Assembly (NCBI GenBank): GCA_012295275.1
Contig: CM022677.1
Location: 2,790,001 to 2,854,000, forward strand
Length of the DNA stretch: 64,000 nt
Reading direction: 5' to 3'
Source: Chrysomallon squamiferum
Taxonomy: Eukaryota > Animalia > Mollusca
Every line of letters starts with the position of its first letter. Position 1 is the stretch's first letter. Below are positions 26,161 through 41,967 of the stretch, in pieces. Under the pieces are notes generated by a model, which did not search any database, was not told the origin of the DNA, and worked only from the letters and a program-made list of their open reading frames with translations. The position numbers and the translations under genes were made by a program.

Positions 26161-29100
26161 TCTGTGTTTGTATTATTTTGTATGTATTTGTATGTACGTA
26201 TCTATGTGTATCTGTCCCTGTTTGTTGTATGTATTGGTATGTAGCATGTATATGTATCTGTGTTTGTATTATTTTGTATGTATTTGTATGTACGTATCTA
26301 TGTGTATCTGTCCCTGTTTGTTGTATGTATTGGTATGTAGCATGTATATGTATCTGTGTGTGTATTATTTGTATGTATTTGTATGTACGTATCTATGTGT
26401 ATCTGTCCCTGTTTGTTGTATGTAGCATGTATATGTATCTGTGTGTGTATTATTTGTATGTACGTATCTATGTGTATCTGTCCCTGTTTGTTGTATGTAT
26501 TGGTATGTAGCATGTATATGTATCTGTGTGTGTATTATTTGTAAGTATTTGTATGTACGTATCTATGTGTATCTGTCGCTGTTTGTTGTATGTAGCATGT
26601 ATATGTATCTGTGTGTGTATTATTTGTATGTACGTATCTATGTGTATCTGTCCCTGTTTGTTGTATGTATTGGTATGTAGCATGTATATGTATCTGTGTG
26701 TGTATTATTTTGTATGTATTTGTATGTACGTATCTATGTGTATCTGTCCCTGTTTGTTGTATGTACTGGTATGTAGCATGTATATGTATCTGTGTGTGTA
26801 TTATTTGTATGTATTTGTATGTACGTATCTATGTGTATCTGTCCCTGTTTGTTGTATGTATTGGTATGTAGCATGTATATGTATCTGTGTGTGTATTATT
26901 TGTATTATTTGTATGTACGTATCTATGTGTATCTGTCCCTGTTTGTTGTATGTATTGGTATGTAGCATGTATATGTATCTGTGTGTGTATTATTTGTATG
27001 TATTTGTATGTACGTATCTATGTGTATCTGTCCCTGTTTGTTGTATGTATTGGTATGTAGCATGTATATGTATCTGTGTGTGTATTATTTGTATGTATTT
27101 GTATGTACGTATCTATGTGTATCTGTCCCTGTTTGTTGTATGTAGCATGTATATGTATCTGTGTGTATTATTTGTATGTACGTATCTATGTGTATCTGTC
27201 CCTGTTTGTTGTATGTATTGGTATGTAGCATGTATATGTATCTGTGTGTGTATTATTTGTATGTATTTGTATGTACGTATCTATGTGTATCTGTCGTTTG
27301 TTGTTTGTTGTATGTAGCATGTATATGTATCTGTGTGTGTATTATTTTTGTATGTACGTATCTATGTGTATCTGTCCCTGTTTGTTGTATGTATTGGTAT
27401 GTAGCATGTATATGTATCTGTGTGTGTATTATTTTGTATGTATTTGTATGTACGTATCTATGTGTATCTGTCCCTGTTTGTTGTATGTATTGGTATGTAG
27501 CATGTATATGTATCTGTGTGTGTATTATTTGTATGTATTTGTATGTACGTATCTATGTGTATCTGTCCCTGTTTGTTGTATGTATTGGTATGTAGCATGT
27601 ATATGTATCTGTGTGTGTATTATTTGTATGTACGTATCTATGTGTATCTGTCCCTGTTTGTTGTATGTATTGGTATGTAGCATGTATATGTATCTGTGTG
27701 TGTATTATTTGTATGTATTTGTATGTACGTATCTATGTGTATCTGTCCCTGTTTGTTGTATGTATTGGTATGTAGCATGTATATGTATCTGTGTGTGTAT
27801 TATTTGTATGTATTTGTATGTACGTATCTATGTGTATCTGTCCCTGTTTGTTGTATGTATTGGTATGTAGCATGTATATGTATCTGTGTTTGTATTATTT
27901 GTATGTATTTGTATGTACGTATCTATGTGTATCTGTCCCTGTTTGTTGTATGTATTGGTATGTAGCATGTATATGTATCTGTGTGTATTATTTGTATTAT
28001 TTGTATGTACGTATCTATGTGTATCTGTACCTGTTTGTTGCATGTATTGGTATGTAGCATGTATATGTATCTGTGTGTGTATTATTTGTATGTAAGTATC
28101 TATGTGTATCTGTCCCTGTTTGTTGTATGTGTTGGTATGTAGCATGTATATGTATCTGTGTGTGTATTATTTGTATGTATTTGTATGTACGTATCTATGT
28201 GTATCTGTCCCTGTTTGTTTTATGTACTGGTATGTAGCATGTATATGTATCTGTGTGTGTATTATTTGTATGTACGTATCTATGTGTATCTGTCCCTGTT
28301 TGTTGTATGTATTGGTATGTAGCATGTATATGTATCTGTGTGTGTATTATTTTGTATGTATTTGTATGTACGTATCTATGTGTATCTGTCCCTGTTTGTT
28401 GTATGTATTGGTATGTAGCATGTATATGTATCTGTGTGTGTATGTATTTGTATGTACGTATCTATGTGTATCTGTCCCTGTTTGTTGTTTGTATTGGTAT
28501 GTAGCATGTATATGTATCTGTGTGTGTATGTATTTGTATGTATTTGTATGTACATATCTATGTGTATCTGTCCCTGTTTGTTGTTTGTATTGGTATGTAG
28601 CATGTATATGTATCTGTGTGTGTATTATTTTGTATGTATTTGTATGTACGTATCTATGTGTATCTGTCCCTGTTTGTTGTATGTATTGGTATGTAGCATG
28701 TATATGTATCTGTGTGTGTATTATTTGTATGTATTTGTATGTACATATATATGTGTATCTGTCCCTGTTTATTGTATGTATTGGTATGTAGCATGTATAT
28801 GTATCTGTGTGTGTATTATTTGTATGTACGTATCTATGTGTATCTGTCCCTGTTTGTTGTATGTATTGGTATGTAGCATGTATATGTATCTGTGTGTGTA
28901 TGTATTTGTATGTACGTATCTGTGTGTATCTGTCCCTGTTTGTTGTATGTATTGGTATGTAGCATGTATAAGTATCTGTGTGTGTATTATTTGTATGTAT
29001 TTGTATGTACGTATCTATGTGTATCTGTCCCTGTTTGTTGTATGTATTGGTATGTAGCATGTATATGTATCTGTGTGTGTATAATTTTGTATGTATTTGT

Positions 29101-29800
29101 ATGTACGTATCTATGTGTATCTGTCCCTGTTTGTTGTATGTATTGGTATGTAGCATGTATATGTATCTGTGTGTGTATTATTTGTATGTATTTGTATGTA
29201 CATATCTATGTGTATCTGTCGCTGTTTGTTGTATGTATTGGTATGTAGCATGTATATGTATCTGTGTGTGTATTATTTGTATGTACGTATCTATGTGTAT
29301 CTGTCCCTGTTTGTTGTATGTATTGGTATGTAGCATGTATATGTATCTGTGTGTGTATATATTTGTATGTACGTATCTATGTGTATCTGTCCCTGTTTGT
29401 TGTATGTATTGGTATGTAGCATGTATATGTATCTGTGTGTGTATTATTTGTATGTACGTATCTATGTGTATCTGTCCCTGTTTGTTGTATGTATTGGTAT
29501 GTAGCATGTATGTGTATCTGTGTGTGTATTATTTGTATGTACGTATCTATGTGTATCTGTCCCTGTTTGTTGTATGTATTGGTATGTAGCATGTATGTGT
29601 ATCTGTGTGTGTATTATTTGTATGTACGTATCTATGTGTATCTGTCCCTGTTTGTTGTATGTATTGGTATGTAGCATGTATATGTATCTGTGTGTGTAGT
29701 ATTTGTAGGTACGTATCTATGTGTATCTGTTCCTGTTTGTTGTATGTATTGGTATGTAGCATGTATATGTATCTGTGTGTGTATTATTTTGTATGTAATT
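26161..29800. repeat. 85/95 bp satellite, ~40 copies
   Basis: GTATGTACGTATCTATGTGTATCTGTCCCTGTTTGTTGTATGTATTGGTATGTAGCATGTATATGTATCTGTGTGTGTATTATTT(GTATGTATTT); length variants differ by 10-bp blocks. Confidence 0.97.
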
Positions 29801-30570
29801 GTGTATGTATGTATGTGTATCTGTGTTTATATTATGTACTTGTATGCATGTATGTATGTGTATATCTGTGTTTATATTATATATTTGTATGCATGTATGT
29901 ATGTGTATATCTGTCTGTGTTTGTATTATGTTTGTTGTTTTGTGTATGCATGTATGTATTTATGTATATGTCGGTGTATTATGTGTGTGAGTGTGTATAT
30001 TTGTTTATCTCTGTATGTTTCTGTATCTGTGTGTTTATATTATCTGTGTCTACCTGTGTGTTTGTATTATGTGTATGAATGTAGATATTTATGTGATTAT
30101 GTGTGTGCAAGTGTACGTACTTGTGTATGACTGTATGTATGTGTATATGAATACTTTGTAAAAGAGGTAAGTGTTGTTTGCTTATTTAATGTACAGTTTG
30201 CACTGATGTATGGCTGATGCCTTTCCTTCCATTTATCTATTAATTACATAATTTCTAAAAATATATTTATTTATTTATTTATTTAATATTTCTATTCATA
30301 TTTCAAGATATTTGTTCTTCAGTTTGTTTGTTCTTTGTTTGTTTGCGCTAGCCTCCGTGCATGTGCGTGCGTGTGCGTGTATATGGTAGTTTGTGCCTAT
30401 TTGTATCAGCGACGTGACGTGTATGTGTATATGTCTGTGTGACTCAGTTCATTATAAACGTGAATCTCTGGGTTCGTGTGCGCGATGTAAATCAGTGGAC
30501 CTGTTGGTCTGTGCATTTCTAGACGCACGTACCTGAGTGTGCCAGTACATTTATGAAAACGTGGTTTACC

Positions 30571-30895
30571 AGTTAGATGTATAGACAGATATATGTTTGT
30601 GTCACTGTGCATGTTTATATGTGTGTGTATGTAGTTAGCACGCAGATACATAGTTAGATGTATAGACAGATATATGTTTGTGTCACTGTGCATGTTTATA
30701 TGTGTGTGTGTATGTAGTTAGCACGCAGATACATAGTTAGATGTATAGACAGATATATGTTTGTGTCACTGTGCATGTTTATATGTGTGTGTATGTAGTT
30801 AGCACGCAGATACATAGTTAGATGTATAGACAGATATATGTTTGTGTCACTGTGCATGTTTATATGTGTGTGTATGTAGTTAGCACGCAGATACA
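30571..30895. repeat. ~81 bp tandem repeat, 4 copies
   Basis: AGTTAGATGTATAGACAGATATATGTTTGTGTCACTGTGCATG...GTAGTTAGCACGCAGATACAT at 30571, 30652 and onward. Confidence 0.95.
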
Positions 30896-31124
30896 CACAT
30901 ACATATATATATACACACATATATGAACACATGTGCATGTTGGAATAGTCTGATGTGTATATATGTAGTTAACACACAGATAAACACACATTCTGATATA
31001 CATATATATATGTGTACACAGTGGAATACACACACACATACACACACATGATACAGTAAATACAGAACACAAACAGTGGAATAAGATACATAACAGAATA
31101 TCCTCCCATATACAGATACATTAA

Positions 31125-34100
31125 ACAGTAAATAGTGGAATAGTAAACAGTGGAATAGTACTAATGGAATAGTCTGATACAGCTACATACAGAACACATA
31201 TAGTAAACAGTGGAATAGTCTGATACAGCTACATACAGAACACATATAGTAAACAGTGGAATAGTCTGATACAGCTACATACAGAACACATATAGTAAAT
31301 AGTGGAATAGTCTGATACAGCTACATACAGAACACATATAGTAAATAGTGGAATAGTCTGATACAGAACATACAGAACACATATAGTAAATAGTGGAATA
31401 GTCTGATACAATAGTAAACATACAGAACACATATAGTAAACAGTGGAATAGTCTGATACAGAACACATACAGAACACATATAGTAAATAGTGGAATAGTC
31501 TGATACACTACATACAGAAACACAGTAAATAGTGGAATAGTCTGATACATACAGAACACATACAGTAAATAGTGGAATAGTCTGATACAGCTACATACAG
31601 AACACATATAGTAAACAGTGGAATAGTCTGATACAGCTACATACAGAACACATATAGTAAATAGTGGAATAGTCTGATACAGCTACATACAGAACACATA
31701 TAGTAAATAGTGGAATAGTCTGATACAACTACATACACACACAGTAAAAGTGGAATAGTCTGATACAGCTACATACAGAACACATATAGTAAATAGTGGA
31801 ATAGTCTGATACAGCTACATACAGAAACATATAGTAAAATGGAATAGTGGAATAGTCTGATACAACTACATACAGAACACATATAGTAAATAGTGGAATA
31901 GTCTGATACAGCTACATACAGAACACATATAGTAAACAGTGGAATAGTCTGATACAGCTACATACAGAACACATATAGTAAATAGTGGAATAGTCTGATA
32001 CAGCTACATACAGAACACATATAGTAAACAGTGGAATAGTCTGATGATACTACATACAGAACACATAGTAAACAGTGGAATAGAACACATACATACAGAA
32101 AACAGTGGTAAACAGTGGAATAGTCTGATACAGCTACATACAGAACACATAGTAAACAGTGGAATAGTCTGATACAGCTACATACAGAACACATATAGTA
32201 AACAGTGGAATAGTCTGATACAGCTACATACAGAACACATATAGTAAATAGTGGAATAGTCTGATACAGCTACATACAGAACACATATAGTAAACAGTGG
32301 AATAGTCTGATACAACTACATACAGAACACATATAGTAAACAGTGGAATAGTCTGATACAGCTACATACAGAACACATATAGTAAATAGTGGAATAGTCT
32401 GATACAGCTACATACAGAACACATATAGTAAACAGTGGAATAGTCTGATACAGCTACATACAGAACACATATAGTAAATAGTGGAATAGTCTGATACAGC
32501 TACATACAGAACACATATAGTAAACAGTGGAATAGTCTGATACAACTACATACAGAAACATATAGTAAATAGTGGAATAGTCTGATACAGAACACAGTAA
32601 ACAGTGGAATAGTCTGATACAGCTACATACAGAACACATATAGTAAACAGTGGAATAGTCTGATACAGCTACATACAGAACACATATAGTAAACAGTGGA
32701 ATAGTGGAATAGTCTGAAACAGTGGAATAGTCTGATACAGCTACATACAGAACACATATAGTAAATAGTGGAATAGTCTGATACAGCTACATACAGAACA
32801 CATATAGTAAATAGTGGAATAGTCTGATACAGCTACATACAGAACACATATAGTAAATAGTGGAATAGTCTGATACAGCTACATACAGAACACATATAGT
32901 AAATAGTGGAATAGTCTGATACAGCTACATACAGAACACATATAGTAAATAGTGGAATAGTCTGATACAGCTACATACAGAACACAGTAAATAGTGGAAT
33001 AGTCTGATACAGCTACATACAGAACACATATAGTAAACAGTGGAATAGTCTGATACAGCTACATACAGAACACATATAGTAAACAGTGGAATAGTCTGAT
33101 ACAGCTACATACAGAACACATATAGTAAATAGTGGAATAGTCTGATACAGCTACATACAGAACACAGTAAATAGTGGAATAGTCTGATACACTACATACA
33201 GAACACATATAGTAAATAGTGGAATAGTCTGATACAGCTACATACAGAACACAGTAAATGGAATAGTAAAGTAAAGTGGAATAGTCTGATACAGCTACAT
33301 ACAGAACACATATAGTAAATAGTGGAATAGTCTGATACAGCTACATACAGAACACATATAGTAAACAGTGGAATAGTCTGATACAGCTACATACAGAACA
33401 CAGTAAATAGTGGAATAGTCTGATACAGCTACATACAGAACACAGTAAATAGTGGAATAGTAAATAGTGGAATAGTCTGATACAGACTACATACAGAACA
33501 CATATAGTAAATAGTGGAATAGTCTGATACAGCTACATACAGAACACATATAGTAAACAGTGGAATAGTCTGATACAGCTACATACAGAACACATATAGT
33601 AAACAGTGGAATAGTCTGATACAGCTACATACAGAACACATATAGTAAACAGTGGAATAGTCTGATACAGCTACATACAGAACACATATAGTAAACAGTG
33701 GAATAGTCTGATACAGCTACATACAGAACACATATAGTAAATAGTGGAATAGTCTGATACAGCTACATACAGAACACATATAGTAAATAGTGGAATAGTC
33801 TGATACAGCTACATACAGAACACATATAGTAAATAGTGGAATAGTCTGATACAGCTACATACAGAACACATATAGTAAATAGTGGAATAGTCTGATACAG
33901 CTACATACAGAACACATATAGTAAACAGTGGAATAGTCTGATACAGCTACATACAGAACACATATAGTAAATAGTGGAATAGTCTGATACAGCTACATAC
34001 AGAACACATATAGTAAATAGTGGAATAGTCTGATACAGCTACATACAGAACACATATAGTAAATAGTGGAATAGTCTGATACAGCTACATACAGAACACA

Positions 34101-37100
34101 TATAGTAAATAGTGGAATAGTCTGATACAACTACATACAGAACACACATATAGTATAGTAAACAGTGGAATAGTCTGATACAACACTAGTGGAATAGTCT
34201 GATATAGCTACAGTCACAGAACACACATATAGTAAACAGTGGAATAGTCTGATACAGTAAACAGTGGAATAGTCTGATACAGCTACATACAGAACACATA
34301 TAGTAAATAGTGGAATAGTCTGATACAGCTACATACAGAACACATATAGTAAATAGTGGAATAGTCTGATACAGCTACATACAGAACACATATAGTAAAC
34401 AGTGGAATAGTCTGATACAGCTACATACAGAACACATATAGTAAATAGTGGAATAGTCTGATACAGCTACATACAGAACACATATAGTAAATAGTGGAAT
34501 AGTCTGATACAGCTACATACAGAACACATATAGTAAATAGTGGAATAGTCTGATACAGCTACATACAGAACACATATAGTAAATAGTGGAATAGTCTGAT
34601 ACAGCTACATACAGAACACATATAGTAAATAGTGGAATAGTCTGATACAGCTACATACATAAACACACAAATAGTAAAAGTGGAATAGTCTGATACAGCT
34701 ACATACAGAACACATATAGTAAACAGTGGAATAGTCTGATACAGCTACATACAGAACACATATAGTAAACAGTGGAATAGTCTGATACAGCTACATACAG
34801 AACACATATAGTAAAATGGAATAGTGGAATAGTCTGATACAGCAGTGGAACATACAGCTACATACACACATATAGTAAATAGTGGAATAGTCTGATACAG
34901 CTACATACAGAACACATATAGTAAATAGTGGAATAGTCTGATACAGCTACATACAGAACACATATAGTAAACAGTGGAATAGTCTGATACAGCTACATAC
35001 AGAACACATATAGTAAACAGTGGAATAGTCTGATACAGCTACATACAGAACACAGTAAATAGTGGAATAGTCTGATACAGCTACATACAGAACACATATA
35101 GTAAATAGTGGAATAGTCTGATACAGCTACATACAGAACACATATAGTAAATAGTGGAATAGTCTGATACAGCTACATACAGAACACATATAGTAAATAG
35201 TGGAATAGTCTGATACAGCTACATACAGAACACATATAGTAAATAGTGGAATAGTCTGATACAGCTACATACAGAACACATATAGTAAATAGTGGAATAG
35301 TCTGATACTACATACAGCTACATACAGAACACATATAGTAAATAGTAAAGTGGAATAGTCTGATACAGCTACATACAGAACACATATAGTAAATAGTGGA
35401 ATAGTCTGATACAGCTACATACAGAACACAGTAAACAGTGGAATAGTCTGATGGACAGAAGTCTATAGAGTGGAATAGTCTGATACAGCTACATACAGAA
35501 CACATATAGTAAACATATAGTAAATAGTGGAATAGTGGAATAGTCTGCTACTACATACAGAACACATATAGTAAATAGTGGAATAGTCTGATACAGCTAC
35601 ATACAGAACACATATAGTAAATAGTGGAATAGTCTGATACAACTACATACAGAACACATATAGTAAATAGTGGAATAGTCTGATACAGCTACATACAGAA
35701 CACAGTAAATAGTGGAATAGTCTGATACAGCTACATACAGAACACATATAGTAAACAGTGGAATAGTCTGATACAGCTACATACAGAACACATATAGTAA
35801 ACAGTGGAATAGTCTGATACAGCTACATACAGAACACATATAGTAAACAGTGGAATAGTCTGATACAGCTACATACAGAACACATATAGTAAATAGTGGA
35901 ATAGTCTGATACAGCTACATACAGAACACATATAGTAAACAGTGGAATAGTCTGATACAACTACATACAGAACACAGTAAATAGTGGAATAGTGGAATAG
36001 TCTGATACAGTAAATAGTGGAATAGTCACATACAGTAAATAGTAAGTGGAATAGTCTGATACAGCTACATACAGAACACATATAGTAAATAGTGGAATAG
36101 TCTGATACAGCTACATACAGAACACATATAGTAAATAGTGGAATAGTCTGATACAGCTACATACAGAACACATATAGTAAACAGTGGAATAGTCTGATAC
36201 AGCTACATACAGAACACATATAGTAAATAGTGGAATAGTCTGATACAGCTACATACAGAACACATATAGTAAATAGTGGAATAGTCTGATACAGCTACAT
36301 ACAGAACACATATAGTAAATAGTGGAATAGTCTGATACAACTACATACAGAACACATATAGTAAACAGTGGAATAGTCTGATACAGCTACATACAGAACA
36401 CATATACAGAAAAATAGTGGAATAGTCTGATACAGCTACATACAGAACACATATAGTAAATAGTGGAATAGTCTGATACAGCTACATACAGAACACATAT
36501 AGTAAATAGTGGAATAGTCTGATACAGCTACATACAGAACACATATAGTAAATAGTGGAATAGTCTGATACAACTACATACAGAACACATATAGTAAACA
36601 GTGGAATAGTCTGATACAGCTACATACAGAAACACATAGTAAACAGTGGAATAGTCTGATACAGCTACATACAGAACACATATAGTAAACAGTGGAATAG
36701 TCTGATACAGCTACATACAGAACACATATAGTAAACAGTGGAATAGTCTGATACAGCTACATACAGAACACATATAGTAAACAGTGGAATAGTCTGATAC
36801 AGCTACATACAGAACACATATAGTAAATAGTGGAATAGTCTGGAATAGTCTGATGGAATAGTCTGATACACATACAGAACACATATAGTAAAATGGAATG
36901 GAATAGTCTGACATACAGCTAAACATACAGAACACAGAACACAGTAAATAGTGGAATAGTCTGATACAGAACACATATAGTAAATACACAAACATACAGA
37001 ACACATATAGTAAACAGTGGAATAGTCTGATACAGCTACATACAGAACACATATAGTAAACAGTGGAATAGTCTGATAGTAAACAGTGGAATAGTCTGAT

Positions 37101-40100
37101 ACAGCTACATACAGAACACATATAGTAAACAGTGGAATAGTCTGATACAGCTACATACAGAACACAGTAAATAGTGGAATAGTCTGATACAGCTACATAC
37201 AGAACACATATAGTAAATAGTGGAATAGTCTGATACAGCTACATACAGAACACATATAGTAAACAGTGGAATAGTCTGATACAGCTACATACAGAACACA
37301 TATAGTAAATAGTGGAATAGTCTGATACAGCTACATACAGAACACATATAGTAAATAGTGGAATAGTCTGATACAGCTACATACAGAACACATATAGTAA
37401 ACAGTGGAATAGTCTGATACAGCTACATACAGAACACATATAGTAAACAGTGGAATAGTCTGATACAGCTACATACAGTGGAATACACATATACAGAACA
37501 CAGTAAATAGTGGAATAGTCTGATACAGCTACATACAGAACACATATAGTAAACAGTGGAATAGTCTGATACAACTACATACAGAACACATATAGTAAAC
37601 AGTGGAATAGTCTGATACAGCTACATACAGAACACATATAGTAAACAGTGGAATAGTCTGATACAGCTACATACAGAACACATATAGTAAATAGTGGAAT
37701 AGTCTGATACAGCTACATACAGAACACATATACAGTGGAATAGTCTGATACACTACATACAGAACACATATAGTAAATAGTGGAATAGTCTGATACAACT
37801 ACATACAGAACACATATAGTAAATAGTGGAATAGTCTGATACAGCTACATACAGAACACATATAGTAAATAGTGGAATAGTCTGATACAGCTACATACAG
37901 AACACATATAGTAAATAGTGGAATAGTCTGATACAGCTACATACAGAACACATATAGTAAAAGTGGAATAGTGGAATAGTCTGATACAGCTACATACAGA
38001 ACACATATAGTAAACAGTGGAATAGTCTGATACAACTACATACAGAACACATATAGTAAATAGTGGAATAGTCTGATACAGCTACATACAGAACACATAT
38101 AGTAAATAGTGGAATAGTCTGATACAGCTACATACAGAACACATATAGTAAACAGTGGAATAGTCTGATACAGCTACATACAGAACACATATAGTAAATA
38201 GTGGAATAGTCTGATACAGCTACATACAGAACACAGTAAATAGTGGAATAGTCTGATACAGCTACATACAGAACACATATAGTAAACAGTGGAATAGTCT
38301 GATACAGCTACATACAGAACACATATAGTAAATAGTGGAATAGTCTGATACAGCTACATACAGAACACATATAGTAAATAGTGGAATAGTCTGATACAGC
38401 TACATACAGAACACATATAGTAAATAGTGGAATAGTCTGATACAGCTACATACAGAACACATATAGTAAACAGTGGAATAGTCTGATACAGAATAGCTAC
38501 ATCAGAACACAGTAGTGGAATAGTCAGAACACTACATACAGAACACATATAGTAAACAGTGGAATAGTCTGATACAGCTACATACAGAACACATATAGTA
38601 AACAGTGGAATAGTCTGATACAGCTACATACAGAACACATATAAATAGTAAATAGTGGATATAGTAAATAGGAATAGTGATAATAGTCTGATACACTACA
38701 TACAGAACACATATAGTAAATAGTGGAATAGTCTGATACAGCTACATACAGAACACATATAGTAAACAGTGGAATAGTCTGATACTGAGCTACATACAGA
38801 ACACATATAGTAAATAGTGGAATAGTCTGATACAACTACATACAGAACACATATAGTAAACAGTGGAATAGTCTGATACAGCTACATACAGAACACATAT
38901 AGTAAATAGTGGAATAGTCTGATACAGCTACATACAGAACACATATAGTAAACAGTGGAATAGTCTGATACAGCTACATACAGAACACATATAGTAAATA
39001 GTGGAATAGTCTGATACAGCTACATACAGAACACATATAGTAAACAGTGGAATAGTCTGATACAACTACATACAGAACACATATAGTAAATAGTGGAATA
39101 GTCTGATACAACTACATACAGAACACATATAGTAAACAGTGGAATAGTCTGATACAGCTACATACAGAACACATATAGTAAATAGTGGAATAGTCTGATA
39201 CAGCTACATACAGAACACATATAGTAAATAGTGGAATAGTCTGATACAACTACATACAGAACACATATAGTAAATAGTGGAATAGTCTGATACAGCTACA
39301 TACAGAACACATATAGTAAATAGTGGAATAGTCTGATACAGCTACATACAGAACACATATAGTAAATAGTGGAATAGTCTGATACAGCTACATACAGAAC
39401 ACATATAGTAAATAGTGGAATAGTCTGATACAGCTACATACAGAACACATATAGTAAATAGTGGAATAGTCATACAGAACACATATAGTAAATAGTGGAA
39501 TAGTCTGATACAGCTACATACAGAACACATATAGTAAACAGTGGAATAGTCTGATAAATAGTGGAATAGTCTGATACAACTACATACAGAACACATATAG
39601 TAAAAATAGTGGAATAGTCTGATACAACTACATACAGAACACATATAGTAAATAGTGGAATAGTCTGATACAGCTACATACAGAACACATATAGTAAATA
39701 GTGGAATAGTCTGATACAGCTACATACAGAACACATATAGTAAATAGTGGAATAGTCTGATACAACTACATACAGAACACATATAGTAAACAGTGGAATA
39801 GTCTGATACAGCTACATACAGAACACATATAGTAAATAGTGGAATAGTCTGATACAACTACATACAGAACACATATAGTAAATAGTGGAATAGTCTGATA
39901 CAACTACATACAGAACACATATAGTAAATAGTGGAATAGTCTGATACAACTACATACAGAACACATATAGTAAACAGTGGAATAGTCTGATACAACTACA
40001 TACAGAACACATATAGTAAATAGTGGAATAGTCTGATACAGCTACATACAGAACACATATAGTAAATAGTGGAATAGTCTGATACAGCTACATACAGAAC

Positions 40101-40516
40101 ACATATAGTAAATAGTGGAATAGTCTGATACAGCTACATACAGAACACATATAGTAAATAGTGGAATAGTCTGATACAGCTACATACAGAACACATATAG
40201 TAAATAGTGGAATAGTCTGATACAGCTACATACAGAACACATATAGTAAATAGTGGAATAGTCTGATACACTACATACAGAACACATATAGTAAATAGTG
40301 GAATAGTCTGATACAGCTACATACAGAACACATATAGTAAATAGTGGAATAGTCTGATACAACTACATACAGAACACATATAGTAAATAGTGGAATAGTC
40401 TGATACAACTACATACAGAACACATATAGTAAATAGTGGAATAGTCTGATACAACTACATACAGAACACATATAGTAAATAGTGGAATAGTCTGATACAG
40501 CTACATACAGAACACA
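31125..40516. repeat. 46 bp satellite array, ~9.4 kb (~200 copies)
   Basis: GTGGAATAGTCTGATACAGCTACATACAGAACACATATAGTAAA(T/C)A; period 46 (31211, 31257 and onward). Confidence 0.98.
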
Positions 40517-40577
40517 GAACAAAATTATATAAAATCAGATTTATTTACAGATTTTAACTTGTCCATTTGATGCAATT

Positions 40578-41869
40578 TTATCCTAATTTTAAAAGATGTC
40601 CACCGGCATCCAAGAACTGAATGTGTGTTTTCTGCCCAGGGGTTAGCTGTGCCTTCAGTCTCACGAGTCTAGTTTCTCACCGGTTATACATTCTCTTTCT
40701 TGGTAGTGAGGAAGATCCAAAGCTTTTCTGTCTCAGTTTAACACGTGCTGATGTTTCTATTCCTTTTATCAATTCTGTAAATCTGTATATATTTGGATGG
40801 TGAAGTTGAATTGACCGGTTCATTCTGGAATGAAAACCCTCCAGGTTATTGGTTGTTCTGGGGCCAGTGGTCAGATGAGATCTGGAGTCATCGTCTACGC
40901 AGGTAGAAAGCACATAATCATTAACTGTCTCCGTCTGTATAACACCAGGTCCGTTTCCCAAGCAACCTGTATTTGAGCCGTTGGCAGAACAGAACAACAA
41001 TACCTAGATCTTGGGTTCTCCTCCAAACTGCCTGTGTGTAGCGAAAAAAGCTTCCTTTCACCTCAGCTTGTGGAAATTCAGTCTCTCCTGCCTCGATTGC
41101 AGCCACTTCAAAGACAGTCTGAACTTCAACTGGAGAAAGAAATCAGTTTAATGATTGTACATGATTCTTCAACAAACTGAACAGTCCACTGTATGTTATC
41201 TTCTGTTTCTCGGGAAGAAGAGCAAACACAAGAGGATACATAGTAGTTCCGTCCATAGCATGGATGATATATAATTGTGTCCACAATGCTGGACAAGAAG
41301 AGAAAGTTCCGTCCATCGCGTGGATGATATATAATTGTGTCCACAATGCTGGACAAGAATATAAAGTTCCGTCCATAAAAATGGATTCTGGAGCGTGTAG
41401 AGATACGATTTGCTCATCTGTTAAAATAAAAGTTAGCGTCTTCCGTCATTTGTCTTTTTCTGTGGTTCTTCTGTGTTAACATCTAATCTGTGTTAGGACA
41501 GGCATCAGAACTCGTCTCTGTCTGTACAATGCACAACTCATACTGCGAAAGGGAGGCAAATGAGGAACAGTTTCTGATGCTTGCTTTGCAACCTCATCAT
41601 TGTATATTTTCTGTATTTGTGTTGTTTATTCTCTTGCTCGCTTCTGTAGGCTGGTGATAAACTGAACAACATTCAGGTCACGTGGACGGTGGTTGTGTTC
41701 TGAATAAAATTGCTGACAGTGGTGCACTTCCCGGTACACGTTTCTGTCACGCATCTCCACTGAACACTTTCCCCTCTTGTGCGATTCTTTGTAAACAGAA
41801 ATCCGTGCAGTGTCATTTGTGTTTACCTCTTTGTGACTGGACAAATTCTGACCTTCAAAGATCAGCCAT
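40578..41869 (-). mobile_element. degenerate FLYWCH + MULE transposase (Phantom-like Mutator element)
   Basis: ATG at 41869: EFVQSQRGK..HGFLFTKNRTRGESVQWRCVTETCTGKC..EHNH (FLYWCH). Then FMDGT(L/F)..CPALWTQLYIIHA (first catalytic D), YPLVFALLPEK, FEVAAIEA..FPQAEVKGSFFRYTQAVWR (CxxH region decayed), PRTTNNLEGFHSRMN (catalytic E), HPNIYRF, ending QFLDAGGHLLKLG* at 40578. Many stops and frameshifts. Confidence 0.9.
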
Positions 41870-41967
41870 GACTACAAAATTTGAATATGGTTTTTTTACA
41901 GGTACATGTAGTTAATATGTAAGAATTTTTATATTATATTCTGTGATTAGCCATGGTTTCAGTATAT

